Positions 45,714 through 56,063 of a stretch of 64,000 nt of DNA are shown piece by piece. The notes under the pieces are model-generated. The model searched no databases and had not been told where the DNA came from. It was given only the letters and a program-made list of their open reading frames with translations. Both the position numbers and the translations under genes were made by a program. Position 1 is the first letter of the stretch. The number at the start of each line of letters is the position of its first letter. Source of the DNA: an uncultured bacterium (GTDB lineage Bacteria; Abyssobacteria; SURF-5); assembly GCA_964607485.1 (NCBI GenBank), contig CAZSKP010000018.1, positions 1 to 64,000 of the forward strand, written 5' to 3'.

Positions 45714-47285
45714 TTGAGATTAATGTCACGGTCCCTATGTTGCAGCAGTACTACATCTGATCCAGGTAAAGCATCCCGGCGTAAGAGCCGCTCCCGAGCA
45801 CTGCTTCGATATTTAAGCCTCGTCCCTGTTCTCATTTTGGCATTGATTTTCCTGAGCATTGGCCTCGACCTATCCCCCGTCTCCACCGACGCGGCCGACG
45901 CCGGTCAGAACAGCACACTGGTGATTCCCATCCACGATGTCATCGACCGTGGCCTGGCCTTCTTCGTCAAACGGTCGCTGGAGGGAGCCGAACGCGATGG
46001 GGCCGACTCCATAATCGTCGAACTGAACACGCTTGGCGGGCGCGTCGACGCCGCGCTGGAGATACGCGATGCCCTCGAAGCGAGCAAGATTCCCATAACC
46101 GCTTACGTGAACAAACGCGCGATATCCGCGGGCGCTCTCATCTGTCTGGCCACCAAGAGCATCGCGATGGCGCCCGGGAGCACCATCGGCGCGGCTACGC
46201 CTATCAGCATCGGCCCCGTGGGAGAAGCGCACCAGTTGAGCGAGAAGGAGGTCTCATATGTCAGGGGCGAGTTCCGCGCCACCGCCGAGAGAAACGGGCA
46301 TTCACCGGTGTTGGCCGAGGCCATGGTCGACCCCGACACGGAGGCGCTCGTGGTCCTGGGTGGGAACGCGCCAAGAGTAGTGTCGGCGTCGGAAGCGGAT
46401 AAGCTTCGGAAGCAGGACGAAGGAATCGACTTGGAGGTCGTCTCTCCCAAAGGGAAGCTGCTCACGATGACGGCCGCCGAGGCCGTGAAGGTCGGTTTGG
46501 CCGGCTCCATGCCTGCCTCGTCGGACAACCTCGTGCGTTCGCTCGGCCGCAACCCCTCAAACGTACGTGTGGCGAAAATATCATGGTCCGAAAACTTCGT
46601 GCGCTTCCTGACGCATCCCATCGTCTCCGGGCTCCTGTTGACGCTCGGAGTGCTCGGCATCTTTTTCGAGCTGCAGATGCCCGGCTGGGGACTAAGCGGC
46701 ACGTTGGGCGCTCTGTTTCTGCTTCTCTTTTTCGGCGGCCACTACCTTGCGGGCCTCGCCAGCTTCGCCGACGTGCTTCTGTTTGCAATAGGTCTCGCGC
46801 TGTTGGCGCTGGAGTTGTTCGTTGTGCCCGGGTTCGGAATCACCGGCATCTCGGGATTTCTCTTCATACTGGCGGGCATCTACCTGGCGCTTGTGAAAAG
46901 GCCGATACCGGAATTCTCGTGGGACTATCAACTGCTCAACAACGCTCTGGGCACGTTCATCTTCTTCGCGGTTGCCGTCACAATCGGCGTCGTTGTCATC
47001 TGGAAGCTTTTTCCGGAGTCGAGGCTGAAAAGGCTGATGGTGCTCTCAACGAGCGAAGACGCGAGGCTCGGCTACACCGCCTCGGAGAATCTCGAAGCGC
47101 TCGTCGGGCGGCCCGGCAGAAGCCTGACCCACCTCAGACCCGCCGGCCGCGCGGTCGTCGCGGGCGAACCCATCGAGGTGCAGACGGAAGGAGACTTCAT
47201 CGAGAAGGATAGGCCTCTTAGAATAGTGAAGGTTGTCGGGAATAAGGTGTTCGTGGCCGAAGAAAGGAACGTGAATGAAGGATAA
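45714..47285 (+). CDS. nfeD: Long-form NfeD protein (ClpP-class serine protease domain, TM region, OB fold); start uncertain
   Basis: NTLGGRV, AISAGALI, GSTIGAATP, AEAMVD, GKLLT, C-terminal THLRPAG..GDFIEK. Confidence 0.88.
   Translation: MRLMSRSLCCSSTTSDPGKASRRKSRSRALLRYLSLVPVLILALIFLSIGLDLSPVSTDAADAGQNSTLVIPIHDVIDRGLAFFVKRSLEGAERDGADSIIVELNTLGGRVDAALEIRDALEASKIPITAYVNKRAISAGALICLATKSIAMAPGSTIGAATPISIGPVGEAHQLSEKEVSYVRGEFRATAERNGHSPVLAEAMVDPDTEALVVLGGNAPRVVSASEADKLRKQDEGIDLEVVSPKGKLLTMTAAEAVKVGLAGSMPASSDNLVRSLGRNPSNVRVAKISWSENFVRFLTHPIVSGLLLTLGVLGIFFELQMPGWGLSGTLGALFLLLFFGGHYLAGLASFADVLLFAIGLALLALELFVVPGFGITGISGFLFILAGIYLALVKRPIPEFSWDYQLLNNALGTFIFFAVAVTIGVVVIWKLFPESRLKRLMVLSTSEDARLGYTASENLEALVGRPGRSLTHLRPAGRAVVAGEPIEVQTEGDFIEKDRPLRIVKVVGNKVFVAEERNVNEG
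47199..47261 (+). repeat. 63-bp direct repeat, copy 1 (3' end of nfeD)
   Basis: 57/63 identical to 49297-49359. Confidence 0.9.
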
Positions 47286-47298
47286 AGAGGGAGGAGCG

Positions 47299-49239
47299 AT
47301 GAAGGTTCAGAGATATTCATTCATGTTTGTGTGTTTCATCGTTTTCACCATGTTGTTGCCGGGAACGACTGTCTCTGCCGCTCCTATCATTCGACTGGAA
47401 AAGGACGTGCCCCAGAGTCAGGTCTCGCCCGTGCCCACAAACGTCACGTTCGACCTGTATGATTCACCGACATCGACCACCATGGTGGCGACGCAAACCT
47501 TTGCCAGGGGGGAGTGGTGGGCCGACTATGGTTTCAACCGTTTCTCGACCGCTTCCAGCCCCATAGTCAGGTTCAAGGCCGACTTCACGAATACCTCGGG
47601 CCTGACCGGCGCCGTGGACCTGTGGATGGAGATCAGGCTGGATGGCGTGGTGAAGGGACAGCGAGAGCAGGTGAAGAAGGAATGCTGGGCATTGTATTCT
47701 GAGGAAGCGCTTGACGCGGTGCACGCGGAGAATACCGACTTCGCGGCCGACGCGGATATGCTCGACGGGATGGACTCGTCGGAGTTTGTTACCGGTGCGC
47801 ACACTCATGACGGCTCGGATATCGCAACCGGAACCGTGGCCGACGCGCGCATCGCCTCGACCATCGCCCGCGACACCGAAATCATGCCGACGGTGTTGGC
47901 GGGTGACGGCTCCGGCTCCGGCCTGGACGCAGACAGGCTGGACGGACTGACTTCCACCGATTTCAGCGCCGCCGCCCATTCCCACAGCGGGGCCGACATC
48001 ACGAGCGGAACCGTGGCCGACGCGCGCATTGCCTCCACCATCGCCCGCGACACCGAGATCATGCCGACGGTGTTGGCGGCCGACGGACCCGGCTCCGGAC
48101 TGAACGCAGACACGGTTGACGGCGCGCACGCTTCCGGGTTCGTGACACAGGCGGAGTACGACGCGCTGCTCGCGCGGGTGGAGGCGCTGGAGGCGAAGCT
48201 CCAATACATGACTGTCCAGTCCGGCGTAATAAACGGCCTGGCCGGCCCGCACGTCATCTTCACCGGCGCCAACGTCCACATCCGCAGCGGCTCAGGCACG
48301 ACGGACGACGGAGGCTCTCTCACCGGGCGGGGCAACCTCATCATCGGGTACAACGAATATCTCGCCGTGCCCGTGGTCGGCCGGGGCGGTTCCCACAATC
48401 TGATAATAGGACGCACGCACGAGTATTCAAGCTACGGAGGGCTTGTGGCGGGACGGGGGAACACCATCAGCGGCGCTTATGCAACCGTCACCGGCGGCTA
48501 CGGCAACACCGCGAGCAACACGTATGCGAGCGTGAGCGGCGGCCAGGGCGGCACAGCATCCGCCTACGCCGCGAGCGTGAGCGGCGGAAAGGATAACGTG
48601 GCCGGCGGTCAGTATGCGAGCGTCAGCGGTGGTGTCGCAAACGCGGCCGGCGGCAATTACTCGAGCGTGAGCGGCGGGTACGACAACGACGCGACTTATC
48701 TGTATTCGAGCGTAAGCGGCGGTACCGCAAACACCGCCAGCGGCCAATATGCAAACGTCAGCGGCGGCGAAAGCAACGAGGCTTCAAACTATGCGGCGAG
48801 CGTGAGCGGCGGCGTCGGAAACACCGCCACCGGACAATATGCGAGCATCAGCGGCGGGAGCGTAAACATCGCCAGCGGCGACAATTCAAGCGTGAGCGGC
48901 GGCGCAGAAAACGAGGCCGCCGGCGAGTCCGCAAGCGTGACCGGCGGCGACATCAACGCGGCCAACAGCTCCTATTCGAGCGTGACCGGCGGCCGGTACA
49001 ACACGGCCAACGGCTTCGTCTCAAGCGTGACCGGCGGCTACGACAATGACACCATCGGATATTATTCGAGCATCAGCGGCGGCACGCTAAACGAGACCAG
49101 CGCCTACTTTGCGAGCGTGAGCGGTGGCGAAAGCAACGATGCCAGCGGCGAAGCGGCGAGCGTGAGCGGCGGCCTCGGCGTCACGGCCAGCGGCCTGCAT
49201 GACTGGCGTGGAGGCTCCTGCGCGTTCTGCGACAACTGA
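47299..49239 (+). CDS. Secreted repeat-rich fibre/adhesin-like protein
   Basis: Signal peptide; two 59-aa repeats ending G(S/P)GSGL(D/N)AD; short coiled coil; 16 copies of a 15-aa xSVSGGxxNxAxxxY repeat; RBS GGAGGAG. Confidence 0.8.
   Translation: MKVQRYSFMFVCFIVFTMLLPGTTVSAAPIIRLEKDVPQSQVSPVPTNVTFDLYDSPTSTTMVATQTFARGEWWADYGFNRFSTASSPIVRFKADFTNTSGLTGAVDLWMEIRLDGVVKGQREQVKKECWALYSEEALDAVHAENTDFAADADMLDGMDSSEFVTGAHTHDGSDIATGTVADARIASTIARDTEIMPTVLAGDGSGSGLDADRLDGLTSTDFSAAAHSHSGADITSGTVADARIASTIARDTEIMPTVLAADGPGSGLNADTVDGAHASGFVTQAEYDALLARVEALEAKLQYMTVQSGVINGLAGPHVIFTGANVHIRSGSGTTDDGGSLTGRGNLIIGYNEYLAVPVVGRGGSHNLIIGRTHEYSSYGGLVAGRGNTISGAYATVTGGYGNTASNTYASVSGGQGGTASAYAASVSGGKDNVAGGQYASVSGGVANAAGGNYSSVSGGYDNDATYLYSSVSGGTANTASGQYANVSGGESNEASNYAASVSGGVGNTATGQYASISGGSVNIASGDNSSVSGGAENEAAGESASVTGGDINAANSSYSSVTGGRYNTANGFVSSVTGGYDNDTIGYYSSISGGTLNETSAYFASVSGGESNDASGEAASVSGGLGVTASGLHDWRGGSCAFCDN
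47830..48111 (+). repeat. Intragenic tandem duplication, 177-bp period
   Basis: GGAACCGTGGCCGACGCGCGCAT... recurs at 47830 and 48007. Confidence 0.85.
48481..49195 (+). repeat. Intragenic 45-bp period repeat array (AGCGTGAGCGGCGG core)
   Basis: 16 units, each encoding a 15-aa beta-solenoid-like repeat. Confidence 0.85.
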
Positions 49240-49296
49240 GCGCGGAAACCGCGGCCTTTCGCTCCCGGTCGGTCGTTGCGGACCGATGAAGAATCT

Positions 49297-49359
49297 ATCG
49301 AGAAGGGTAGGCCTCTTAGAATAGTGAGGGTCGTCGGAAACAAGGTGTTCGTGGCAGAA
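49297..49359 (+). pseudogene. Orphan duplicate of the nfeD 3' end (direct repeat copy 2)
   Basis: Encodes IEKGRPLRIVRVVGNKVFVAE versus IEKDRPLRIVKVVGNKVFVAE in nfeD; the upstream nfeD sequence is not duplicated. Confidence 0.8.
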
Positions 49360-49381
49360 CTGGAGAAAGACGAGGCAGGTG

Positions 49382-49792
49382 ATGAGCGGAGGACTCGAAG
49401 AAAAGAAGACGCTTCTTTCCATGGCGCGTGTGTTCCGTAACGACATACAGGATATCCAGCAGAGAGGCGCGGGCTACTACTCGTGCAGCCCGTTCGTGAG
49501 CCGTTACAACAAACTCCTGGCAAAGGCGAAGGAGCTTTTCGCCGACGACCAGACCGTCCTCCTGGATTCGTTCGACGAAGTGGAGGACACCAAGTCGGTC
49601 GATCCCGCCGACAAGATGAAGGTGACGCAGCGCGTGCTCATCGAGCTGGGACAGCTCATTGCATTCATGGAATCGATAATCGCACAGGAGGAGGGAAGGC
49701 GGCCGAAACAGGTCGAACCGCTTTCCGCAAGAGGAACCTCTGAGGCGGCGCCGGCCGGGGAAGACCCCGCCGGAACGGAACAGGAGGATTGA
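49382..49792 (+). CDS. Hypothetical helical protein
   Basis: ORF with typical codon usage inside the nfeD-floA operon; no family recognised. Confidence 0.7.
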   Translation: MSGGLEEKKTLLSMARVFRNDIQDIQQRGAGYYSCSPFVSRYNKLLAKAKELFADDQTVLLDSFDEVEDTKSVDPADKMKVTQRVLIELGQLIAFMESIIAQEEGRRPKQVEPLSARGTSEAAPAGEDPAGTEQED

Positions 49793-49795
49793 GGC

Positions 49796-50272
49796 ATGGT
49801 CGTTCTGTTGCTGTTTGTTGTCGCGGTTATCTTCATCTGTATCGAGTTGTTTTTGCCCGGCGGTGTGTTCGGGGTGCTGGCGGTCATCGCCCTCATCGGC
49901 AGCGCCGTGCTCGCGTTCCGTGAATACGAAGAGATGGCGTTCTGGATCGTCGCCGGCGAGATGATAGCGGCCACGGTGTTGGTACTGGTTGCGATAAAGA
50001 GGTTCCCTCACAGCCACGCGGGCAAACTGCTCATACTCGGGCGCAATCTCGACAGGAAGCTCGGCTACAGCGGCACCGAGTCGCTGGATGAATACGTCGG
50101 CCAGGAGGGCGAGAGCCTCACTCATCTTCGCCCGGCAGGTATCGCGAAGATGGGCGCGAGACGGCTGGACGTGGTATCAGAGGGAACGTTCATCGACAAG
50201 GGCAAGAGGGTGAAAGTCGTGGCGGTCGAGGGCAATCGAGTCGTCGTCAGGGAGACGGAAACCACGACCTAA
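49796..50272 (+). CDS. Short-form NfeD family membrane protein
   Basis: ELFLPGG TM region; [26 protein letters not shown] fold. Confidence 0.85.
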   Translation: MVVLLLFVVAVIFICIELFLPGGVFGVLAVIALIGSAVLAFREYEEMAFWIVAGEMIAATVLVLVAIKRFPHSHAGKLLILGRNLDRKLGYSGTESLDEYVGQEGESLTHLRPAGIAKMGARRLDVVSEGTFIDKGKRVKVVAVEGNRVVVRETETTT

Positions 50273-50289
50273 GAAAAGGAGGATGGCTA

Positions 50290-51291
50290 ATGAAGGTAGG
50301 GGTACTGTTAAGCCTCATCATCGTCGGCATCATTCTGGCGGTCATCGCCGTGCTGGCGCGGTTCTTCGGGTTGTGGCTGCGGGCGGTGCTTTCCGACGCG
50401 CACGTCAGCTTCGCGAGCCTCATCGGCATGAGCCTCCGGAAGGTAAGCCCGAGCGTGATTGTAAATACGCGCATCATGGCGATAAAGGCCGGATTGAACG
50501 TGAGCACCAACGACCTTGAAGCCCACTACCTCGCCCACGGCAACGTCGTCCGCGTGGTCCAGGCGCTTATCGCGGCAAACAAGGCCAACATCCCCCTCAC
50601 CTTCGCCCGCGCCGCCGCCATCGACCTTGCCGGCCGCGACGTGCTCGAGGCGGTGCAGACCAGCGTCAACCCGAAGGTCATCGACGCGCCCGACCCGCGC
50701 AAGGGCAAAGACACCGTTGACGCCGTCGCCATGGACGGCATACAGCTCAAGGCGAAAGCGCGGGTGACGGTGCGCGCGAACCTCGACAGACTCGTCGGCG
50801 GCGCCACGGAGGAAACCATCATCGCGCGTGTCGGAGAGGGAATCGTGACCACCATCGGCTCGGCCGAGACCCACAAGAAAGTGCTCGAGAACCCCGATAT
50901 GATCTCGCGACAGGTGCTGGCGAAAGGACTCGATTCCGGCACCGCCTTCGAGATTCTTTCCATCGACATCGCCGATGTGGACGTCGGCGAGAACATCGGC
51001 GCGCAGCTTCAGGCCAAACAGGCCGACGCCGACAAGCAGATAGCGCAGGCCAAGGCCGAGGAGCGCCGCGCGATGGCCTTCGCGAGGGAGCAGGAGATGC
51101 GGGCGCAGGTGGTCGAGATGCGCGCCAAGGTCGTCGAGGCCGAGGCCGAAGTTCCCCGCGCCATGGCAGAGGCATTCCGCAGCGGCAACCTCGGCATCAT
51201 GGATTATTACCGGTTCCGCAACATCCAGTCCGACACGTCGATGAGGCAGTCGATCTCCGACATGGGCCAGCACGGAAAAAAAGAAGAGTGA
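50290..51291 (+). CDS. floA: Flotillin-like protein FloA (YqfA)
   Basis: [52 protein letters not shown]. Confidence 0.93.
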   Translation: MKVGVLLSLIIVGIILAVIAVLARFFGLWLRAVLSDAHVSFASLIGMSLRKVSPSVIVNTRIMAIKAGLNVSTNDLEAHYLAHGNVVRVVQALIAANKANIPLTFARAAAIDLAGRDVLEAVQTSVNPKVIDAPDPRKGKDTVDAVAMDGIQLKAKARVTVRANLDRLVGGATEETIIARVGEGIVTTIGSAETHKKVLENPDMISRQVLAKGLDSGTAFEILSIDIADVDVGENIGAQLQAKQADADKQIAQAKAEERRAMAFAREQEMRAQVVEMRAKVVEAEAEVPRAMAEAFRSGNLGIMDYYRFRNIQSDTSMRQSISDMGQHGKKEE

Positions 51292-51292
51292 C

Positions 51293-52003
51293 ATGAACAA
51301 GTTAATCATCACACTTGTCATCATCTGGATTTTCTGGAGGGTATTCAAGTCGGTCATCGAGGAACTTCAGAAGCGCCTGGAACGGCGCATGGGCGGAGAA
51401 GAGGAAAAGATGTTTCCTGACGCCGCCCGACGCTCGCCGACCGTGCCACGCCGACCGGTGTCGGCGGCCTCGAGCCGTCAACCGAACAAATGGCAGCCAG
51501 GCCAGCCGGTCCCCGGGAAGCAAGAAGACGAGCTGGAGAAGTGGTACCGAGAGGCGCTCGAGCGGAAGCGGCAATTGAGCGAGGCCGCGGCGCCGCCTCC
51601 GCCGCCCGCTGGGGAGCGCATGCCCCTCCAACCCGCGCGACCGCGACCGGCGCAACCGCGACCGACACAATCGCGAGTGCTCCAGCCCCATCCACCGCAA
51701 CGGCGCGTGGAAGCGCGTGTCGAGCACCGTCGTCAAGTGCATGTGGAGCGAAGGCGGGTTGCGCATCCGCGCGAACCGGTCGCGCATGAGCCCGCGAGAA
51801 GACACCGGGAGGCGCCCGCCGCTACGCCGAAGCCGCATGAGTTCATGAGAATGCCCAAACGCGAGACCCGGCAGAGACGCGGCCTGGCAGAACTCGTCGG
51901 GGCGGGCGAATGGGACATGAATGACATACGCAGAGGCATAATCATCGCCGAACTCCTCGGATCCCCGAAGGCGCTCGGCGACATCGATTCGCACGTGATA
52001 TAG
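51293..52003 (+). CDS. Hypothetical membrane-anchored Pro/Arg-rich protein (YqfB-like position)
   Basis: N-terminal TM, low-complexity linker, C-terminal IRRGIIIAELLGSPKA; follows floA. Confidence 0.7.
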   Translation: MNKLIITLVIIWIFWRVFKSVIEELQKRLERRMGGEEEKMFPDAARRSPTVPRRPVSAASSRQPNKWQPGQPVPGKQEDELEKWYREALERKRQLSEAAAPPPPPAGERMPLQPARPRPAQPRPTQSRVLQPHPPQRRVEARVEHRRQVHVERRRVAHPREPVAHEPARRHREAPAATPKPHEFMRMPKRETRQRRGLAELVGAGEWDMNDIRRGIIIAELLGSPKALGDIDSHVI

Positions 52004-52060
52004 TTGGCCAGTCTGCGGGGTTGGCCGTCATGCCCGCGCGGTTTGAAGAGGGGGTGAGTC

Positions 52061-52567
52061 ATGGCCATCAATTGTCCGGTGTGTCAAAAGCTCATGGTTG
52101 AGGAAGATTTCGGCGGCGTAAGAGTCGATGTCTGCAAACATGGCTGCAAGGGAATTTGGTTCGATTGGTTTGAGTTGACCAAGCTTGACGAAAGCAACGA
52201 GGGGTTTGGCAATGCGCTTGAGGAAGCGCTTAACTCGCCGCGCGTGAACGATGAAAACCGGGGAAGAATCAACTGCCCGAAGTGCGGCAAACCGATGCAG
52301 ACGCATCAGTATCACTCGCCGAAAGGAGTGAATGTTGACGAGTGCTATGTATGCGGAGGATTTTTCCTGGACTCCGGCGAACTGAAAGTCGCCCGAGACA
52401 CTCACATGAGCGAGCAGGAGGAAAATGAATACTTGGAAAGTCTGCTTGCCGACGTCCCAGGCTATCAGCAAGAGAAGAAGAATATAGAAAAAGAAAAACT
52501 CCGAAACGAAGCCGCTCGCAGATATACAAGGTTCTTGAGGATTGGCTACTACCTGCCGCGTCTCTAG
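52061..52567 (+). CDS. Double zf-TFIIB-type zinc-ribbon protein
   Basis: CPVC..VDVC..CKGIWFD and CPKC..VDEC..CGGFFLD. Confidence 0.85.
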   Translation: MAINCPVCQKLMVEEDFGGVRVDVCKHGCKGIWFDWFELTKLDESNEGFGNALEEALNSPRVNDENRGRINCPKCGKPMQTHQYHSPKGVNVDECYVCGGFFLDSGELKVARDTHMSEQEENEYLESLLADVPGYQQEKKNIEKEKLRNEAARRYTRFLRIGYYLPRL

Positions 52568-52593
52568 CGGGTACCTGAAAGGAGGTCGGGCAA

Positions 52594-53145
52594 ATGGGAA
52601 TGATCGCTCTCATCATCGTTGTCGCGATCGTGCTGTATGTGGTGTTCGCGTACAACAGGCTCATCACGCTTCGCAACCGAATCAAGAACGCGTGGGCGCA
52701 GATAGATGTCCAGCTCAAGCGGAGATACGACCTCATCCCCAACCTCGTCGAAACGGTGAAGGGATATGCAAAGCACGAGCGGGGAGTGTTCGAGAAGGTG
52801 ACGGAGGCCCGCGCGCGAGCGGTCGGCGCGGCCAGCGTGAAGGACCAGGGCATGGCCGAGAACCAGCTCACCGGCGCACTGAAGACGCTTTTCGCCGTGG
52901 CGGAGAATTATCCGGAGCTGAAAGCGAATCAGAATTTCATGATGCTCCAGGAAGAGCTGGCGGGAACCGAGGGCAAGATTGCGTACGCGCGGCAGTTCTA
53001 CAACGACAACGTCATGCAGTACAACATCCTCCGTGAAAAGTTTCCCACCAACATCATAGCCGGCGCCTTCAGCTTTAACGCTGAGGACATGTTCGAGATC
53101 GAGGTTCCGGCCGAGCGCGAGGCCGTGAAAGTGAAGTTCGACTGA
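52594..53145 (+). CDS. lemA: LemA family protein
   Basis: [44 protein letters not shown]. Confidence 0.95.
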   Translation: MGMIALIIVVAIVLYVVFAYNRLITLRNRIKNAWAQIDVQLKRRYDLIPNLVETVKGYAKHERGVFEKVTEARARAVGAASVKDQGMAENQLTGALKTLFAVAENYPELKANQNFMMLQEELAGTEGKIAYARQFYNDNVMQYNILREKFPTNIIAGAFSFNAEDMFEIEVPAEREAVKVKFD

Positions 53146-53178
53146 AGCAAGAGACGTTCCACGAAGAAGAGCGGAAGG

Positions 53179-54195
53179 ATGAGCGGACTACCTGAATGGG
53201 CCACGGCAAACAGGCTGGCGATTGCATTCCTGGTGCTCTTCCTGTTCATCCCTTTGCTCGTACTGCTGATGCCCGTTTCGACGAACCTGTATGAACAGAT
53301 GAGCGGGAATCGGCGCAAGTCGATCGCCTTGTGCGCGTTTTTCATCCTCCTGATATTCATCCTCGCGCTCTTGTTCGACGAGATAGCTCCCGGCGCAAGA
53401 GTGGTGATGCTTCCACTGGCTCTTGTCGTCGCCACTGTGGGGCCGCTCGTCAGCTATTACAACAGCGACAAGATAATCCTCAGAATGAGCGGCGCAAGGC
53501 CCGCGACTAAGGAGGAGCATACGTTCCTCAAGAACACGGTCGAGGGGCTTGCCATAGCCGCCGGCGTCCCGCCGCCAAAACTCTACGTCATCGAAGATAC
53601 CGCCCCGAACGCGTTCGCCACGGGCAGGAACCCCGAGCATGGCGTCATCGCCGTGACGACAGGCCTGCTGCAAAAGCTCGACCGGCGCGAGCTCGAGGGC
53701 GTGCTCGCCCACGAGATGTCGCACATCAAAAATTACGATACGCTCCTGAGCTCGATAGCGGTGATTCTCGTAGGAGTGGTCGCGCTGTTGAGCGACTGGA
53801 TGCTGAGGACCTTCTGGTTTGCGCCGCGCAGGGGGAGAAGGTCGGGCTCGTCGCAGTCGGAGGGCGGCGGGCAGGTGCAGGCCCTCATCCTGGCAGTCGC
53901 AATCGTCATGGCGATTCTGGCGCCGATTGTGGCGCAACTGCTGCGGCTGGCCGTCTCGCGAAAGCGCGAGTTTCTGGCCGACGCCAACGGCGCGTTCCTC
54001 ACACGCTATCCCGATGGCCTGGCGAGCGCACTCAAGAAGCTCGACGCCGACACGGAACCGCTCGAGGTTGCAAACAAGAGCACCGCGCACCTCTACATAA
54101 TAAATCCGCTCCGAGAACACGCAAGCTTCCTCAACAACCTCTTCTCAACCCACCCGTCCACACAGGAGAGGATCGCCGCACTCGAGCGCATGTAG
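53179..54195 (+). CDS. htpX: M48 zinc metalloprotease HtpX
   Basis: PNAFATG, AHEMSH, SRKREFLAD, FSTHP. Confidence 0.92.
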   Translation: MSGLPEWATANRLAIAFLVLFLFIPLLVLLMPVSTNLYEQMSGNRRKSIALCAFFILLIFILALLFDEIAPGARVVMLPLALVVATVGPLVSYYNSDKIILRMSGARPATKEEHTFLKNTVEGLAIAAGVPPPKLYVIEDTAPNAFATGRNPEHGVIAVTTGLLQKLDRRELEGVLAHEMSHIKNYDTLLSSIAVILVGVVALLSDWMLRTFWFAPRRGRRSGSSQSEGGGQVQALILAVAIVMAILAPIVAQLLRLAVSRKREFLADANGAFLTRYPDGLASALKKLDADTEPLEVANKSTAHLYIINPLREHASFLNNLFSTHPSTQERIAALERM

Positions 54196-54363
54196 CGAAT
54201 TATAAGGCGTGCGAGAATAGCTTGCCCCGGCGGAAACTGGTCTGTAAGTGAACCACGGATTGACACGAACTTGTGCTCACTCGACACAAATCGCTGAATG
54301 CAAAGAACCGTGATTCTTTCTCATGTCATCGACGATGTTGCCTGATCGGGAGGATATGGGAGA

Positions 54364-55998
54364 ATGCTTAAGATTCTCGGTATTTTCTTAGGCGTCCTGT
54401 CAGTGCTGACGGTTTTCGCACCCTTTGTCGTTGTGGCCGTCTTCCTGTATTTCTATACTCGCAAACGTATGCTGCGAGAAAAGGAGATGCAGGAAAGGAG
54501 TACGAAGGGGCTCGCTAAATTTGCACAGCGAGTCGGATGGAAATACTCCACCTCCGGCGAAATGTTCCTGCCCTACTTAGGGGATACGGTTAAGGCGGAT
54601 TCGATGACAAAGGTCTGGAATATCCTCGAAGGCATATACAAGGATTATCCCGTACACGTTTTTGAAACGGGAAGAGAGGGCGGCGAATTCCTCGCCTGCT
54701 TCCGGCTCGAACATGAGGGAGATCTCCCGCTGGTGGACATCAGACCCCATATGAGGATAAGAGGATGGACTTCAAGAACCGAAAAGACCGCCAGGGCTCT
54801 CCAGCTAGGACCGAAGGCGCCGTACATTGAATTCGCGGGGGACCCGTCGTCAGATGAATTTTCGAAGACCTTTCGCGTGGTTTCGACGAACGAGGAGTTC
54901 GCCCGCGCCGTGTGCGGCACGGACTTGATGGAATATCTCCTCCGCCATCGCGATTTTGGCATTAATATTCTTGGGAACACGGTGACGTTGTATCAGCCAC
55001 GATTGGAGTTCAAGCGCGGTTCCATCTATGTCGGCAACAGAGAGGTGATAACAGACGAACACCCGGTGCTCAGGGCAGCGGGCATCGAGCCCCGGCTGCG
55101 CCAGCTCCTTGAAGTCAAGAGTCTCATATCTGCTCATTTGCCTGCACGACTATCGCCGCAGGCAACAGGGCGCGTCGAGCGGAGTGAGCGTCGGGCGGAG
55201 CGGCTTCCGGCTACCAGGGAAGCCGAATCCAAACCTTCCATAATCTCAGCCACCGCCCTTGTGCTCGCCAACATGATTCCGCTGGCGGGCGTCTTGTACT
55301 GGAGCTGGTCTGTCGCCAATATCCTGGTCTTGTTCTGGCTCGAGAACGTAGTCGTCGGCTTGTACAACATCCCGAAAATGGCGCTGTGCAAAGGATTTCT
55401 GGCCGTTGACAGCCGACGCACCTATCTCTCCTCCGCCGAGCGCGATGCAATGTCCAAATTGTCGCGAGGAGACTTCGCATCGAAGGCCTTCTTGATCCCG
55501 TTCTTCATGGTTCATTATGGCGGGTTCGTGACCGTGCATGGGACGTTCCTCATGATGTTTGTCCTCAGTAATAAAGCCATGCGTGAATCGTTCGACTTCT
55601 CCACGATTATGATCGCGCTGGCCGGCCTGATACTGAGCCACGGCATATCGTTCTTCGTCAATTTCTTGGGCCGTGGTGAATACCTCCACACCGATATCCG
55701 AACACTGATGGCGAGGCCTTATGGCCGTGTCGTCGTGATCCATATCGTGATAATATTCGGCGGCATCTTGATCATGGAAGCAAATAACCCTTTGTGGGCG
55801 CTGGTCCTGCTGGTGATCCTAAAAATCGGCATGGACTTGCTTGCCCACCTGGCCGAGCGCGGAAAGTTGTCCCAGGAAGCAATGATGGAAAAGCAAGGCG
55901 CAAGGCTCCGGAAAAGACGGCTTCAAGTTCGGCGATGGCGTGCGAGGAAGCAGGCGGGAAATGCATCGCGAGAGCGTGGGTCTCACATGAAAGAATGA
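54364..55998 (+). CDS. Two-part membrane protein: anchored soluble N-terminal domain fused to a multi-TM (DUF6498-like) domain
   Basis: N-terminal TM; C-terminal LANMIPLAGV..FWLENVVVG..FFMVHYGGF..PYGRVVVIH. Confidence 0.65.
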   Translation: MLKILGIFLGVLSVLTVFAPFVVVAVFLYFYTRKRMLREKEMQERSTKGLAKFAQRVGWKYSTSGEMFLPYLGDTVKADSMTKVWNILEGIYKDYPVHVFETGREGGEFLACFRLEHEGDLPLVDIRPHMRIRGWTSRTEKTARALQLGPKAPYIEFAGDPSSDEFSKTFRVVSTNEEFARAVCGTDLMEYLLRHRDFGINILGNTVTLYQPRLEFKRGSIYVGNREVITDEHPVLRAAGIEPRLRQLLEVKSLISAHLPARLSPQATGRVERSERRAERLPATREAESKPSIISATALVLANMIPLAGVLYWSWSVANILVLFWLENVVVGLYNIPKMALCKGFLAVDSRRTYLSSAERDAMSKLSRGDFASKAFLIPFFMVHYGGFVTVHGTFLMMFVLSNKAMRESFDFSTIMIALAGLILSHGISFFVNFLGRGEYLHTDIRTLMARPYGRVVVIHIVIIFGGILIMEANNPLWALVLLVILKIGMDLLAHLAERGKLSQEAMMEKQGARLRKRRLQVRRWRARKQAGNASRERGSHMKE

Positions 55999-56063
55999 GT
56001 GTAACTCACCAGGAACAAGTGGCGCACTTGTAGTCGGTGTGATCGGCGAGAAATGGGAGATGC

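Noticed and set aside
45258-45717. Overlapping ORFs in the AT-rich gap between the response regulator and nfeD, including a single AAAAGTGTCTGTCCCATTTT motif
   Set aside because: There are no recognisable domains or RBS and the region looks regulatory. The motif has only a weak relative at the window start, so a repeat family cannot be supported.
48481-49195. 45-bp periodic array as a possible CRISPR array
   Set aside because: The units are degenerate, in frame within a coding sequence and vary at synonymous positions, and there are no cas genes.
54252-54290. AACCACGGATTGACACGAAC, similar in style to a periodic repeat arm
   Set aside because: It is a single short degenerate arm with no convincing partner, at most a remnant.
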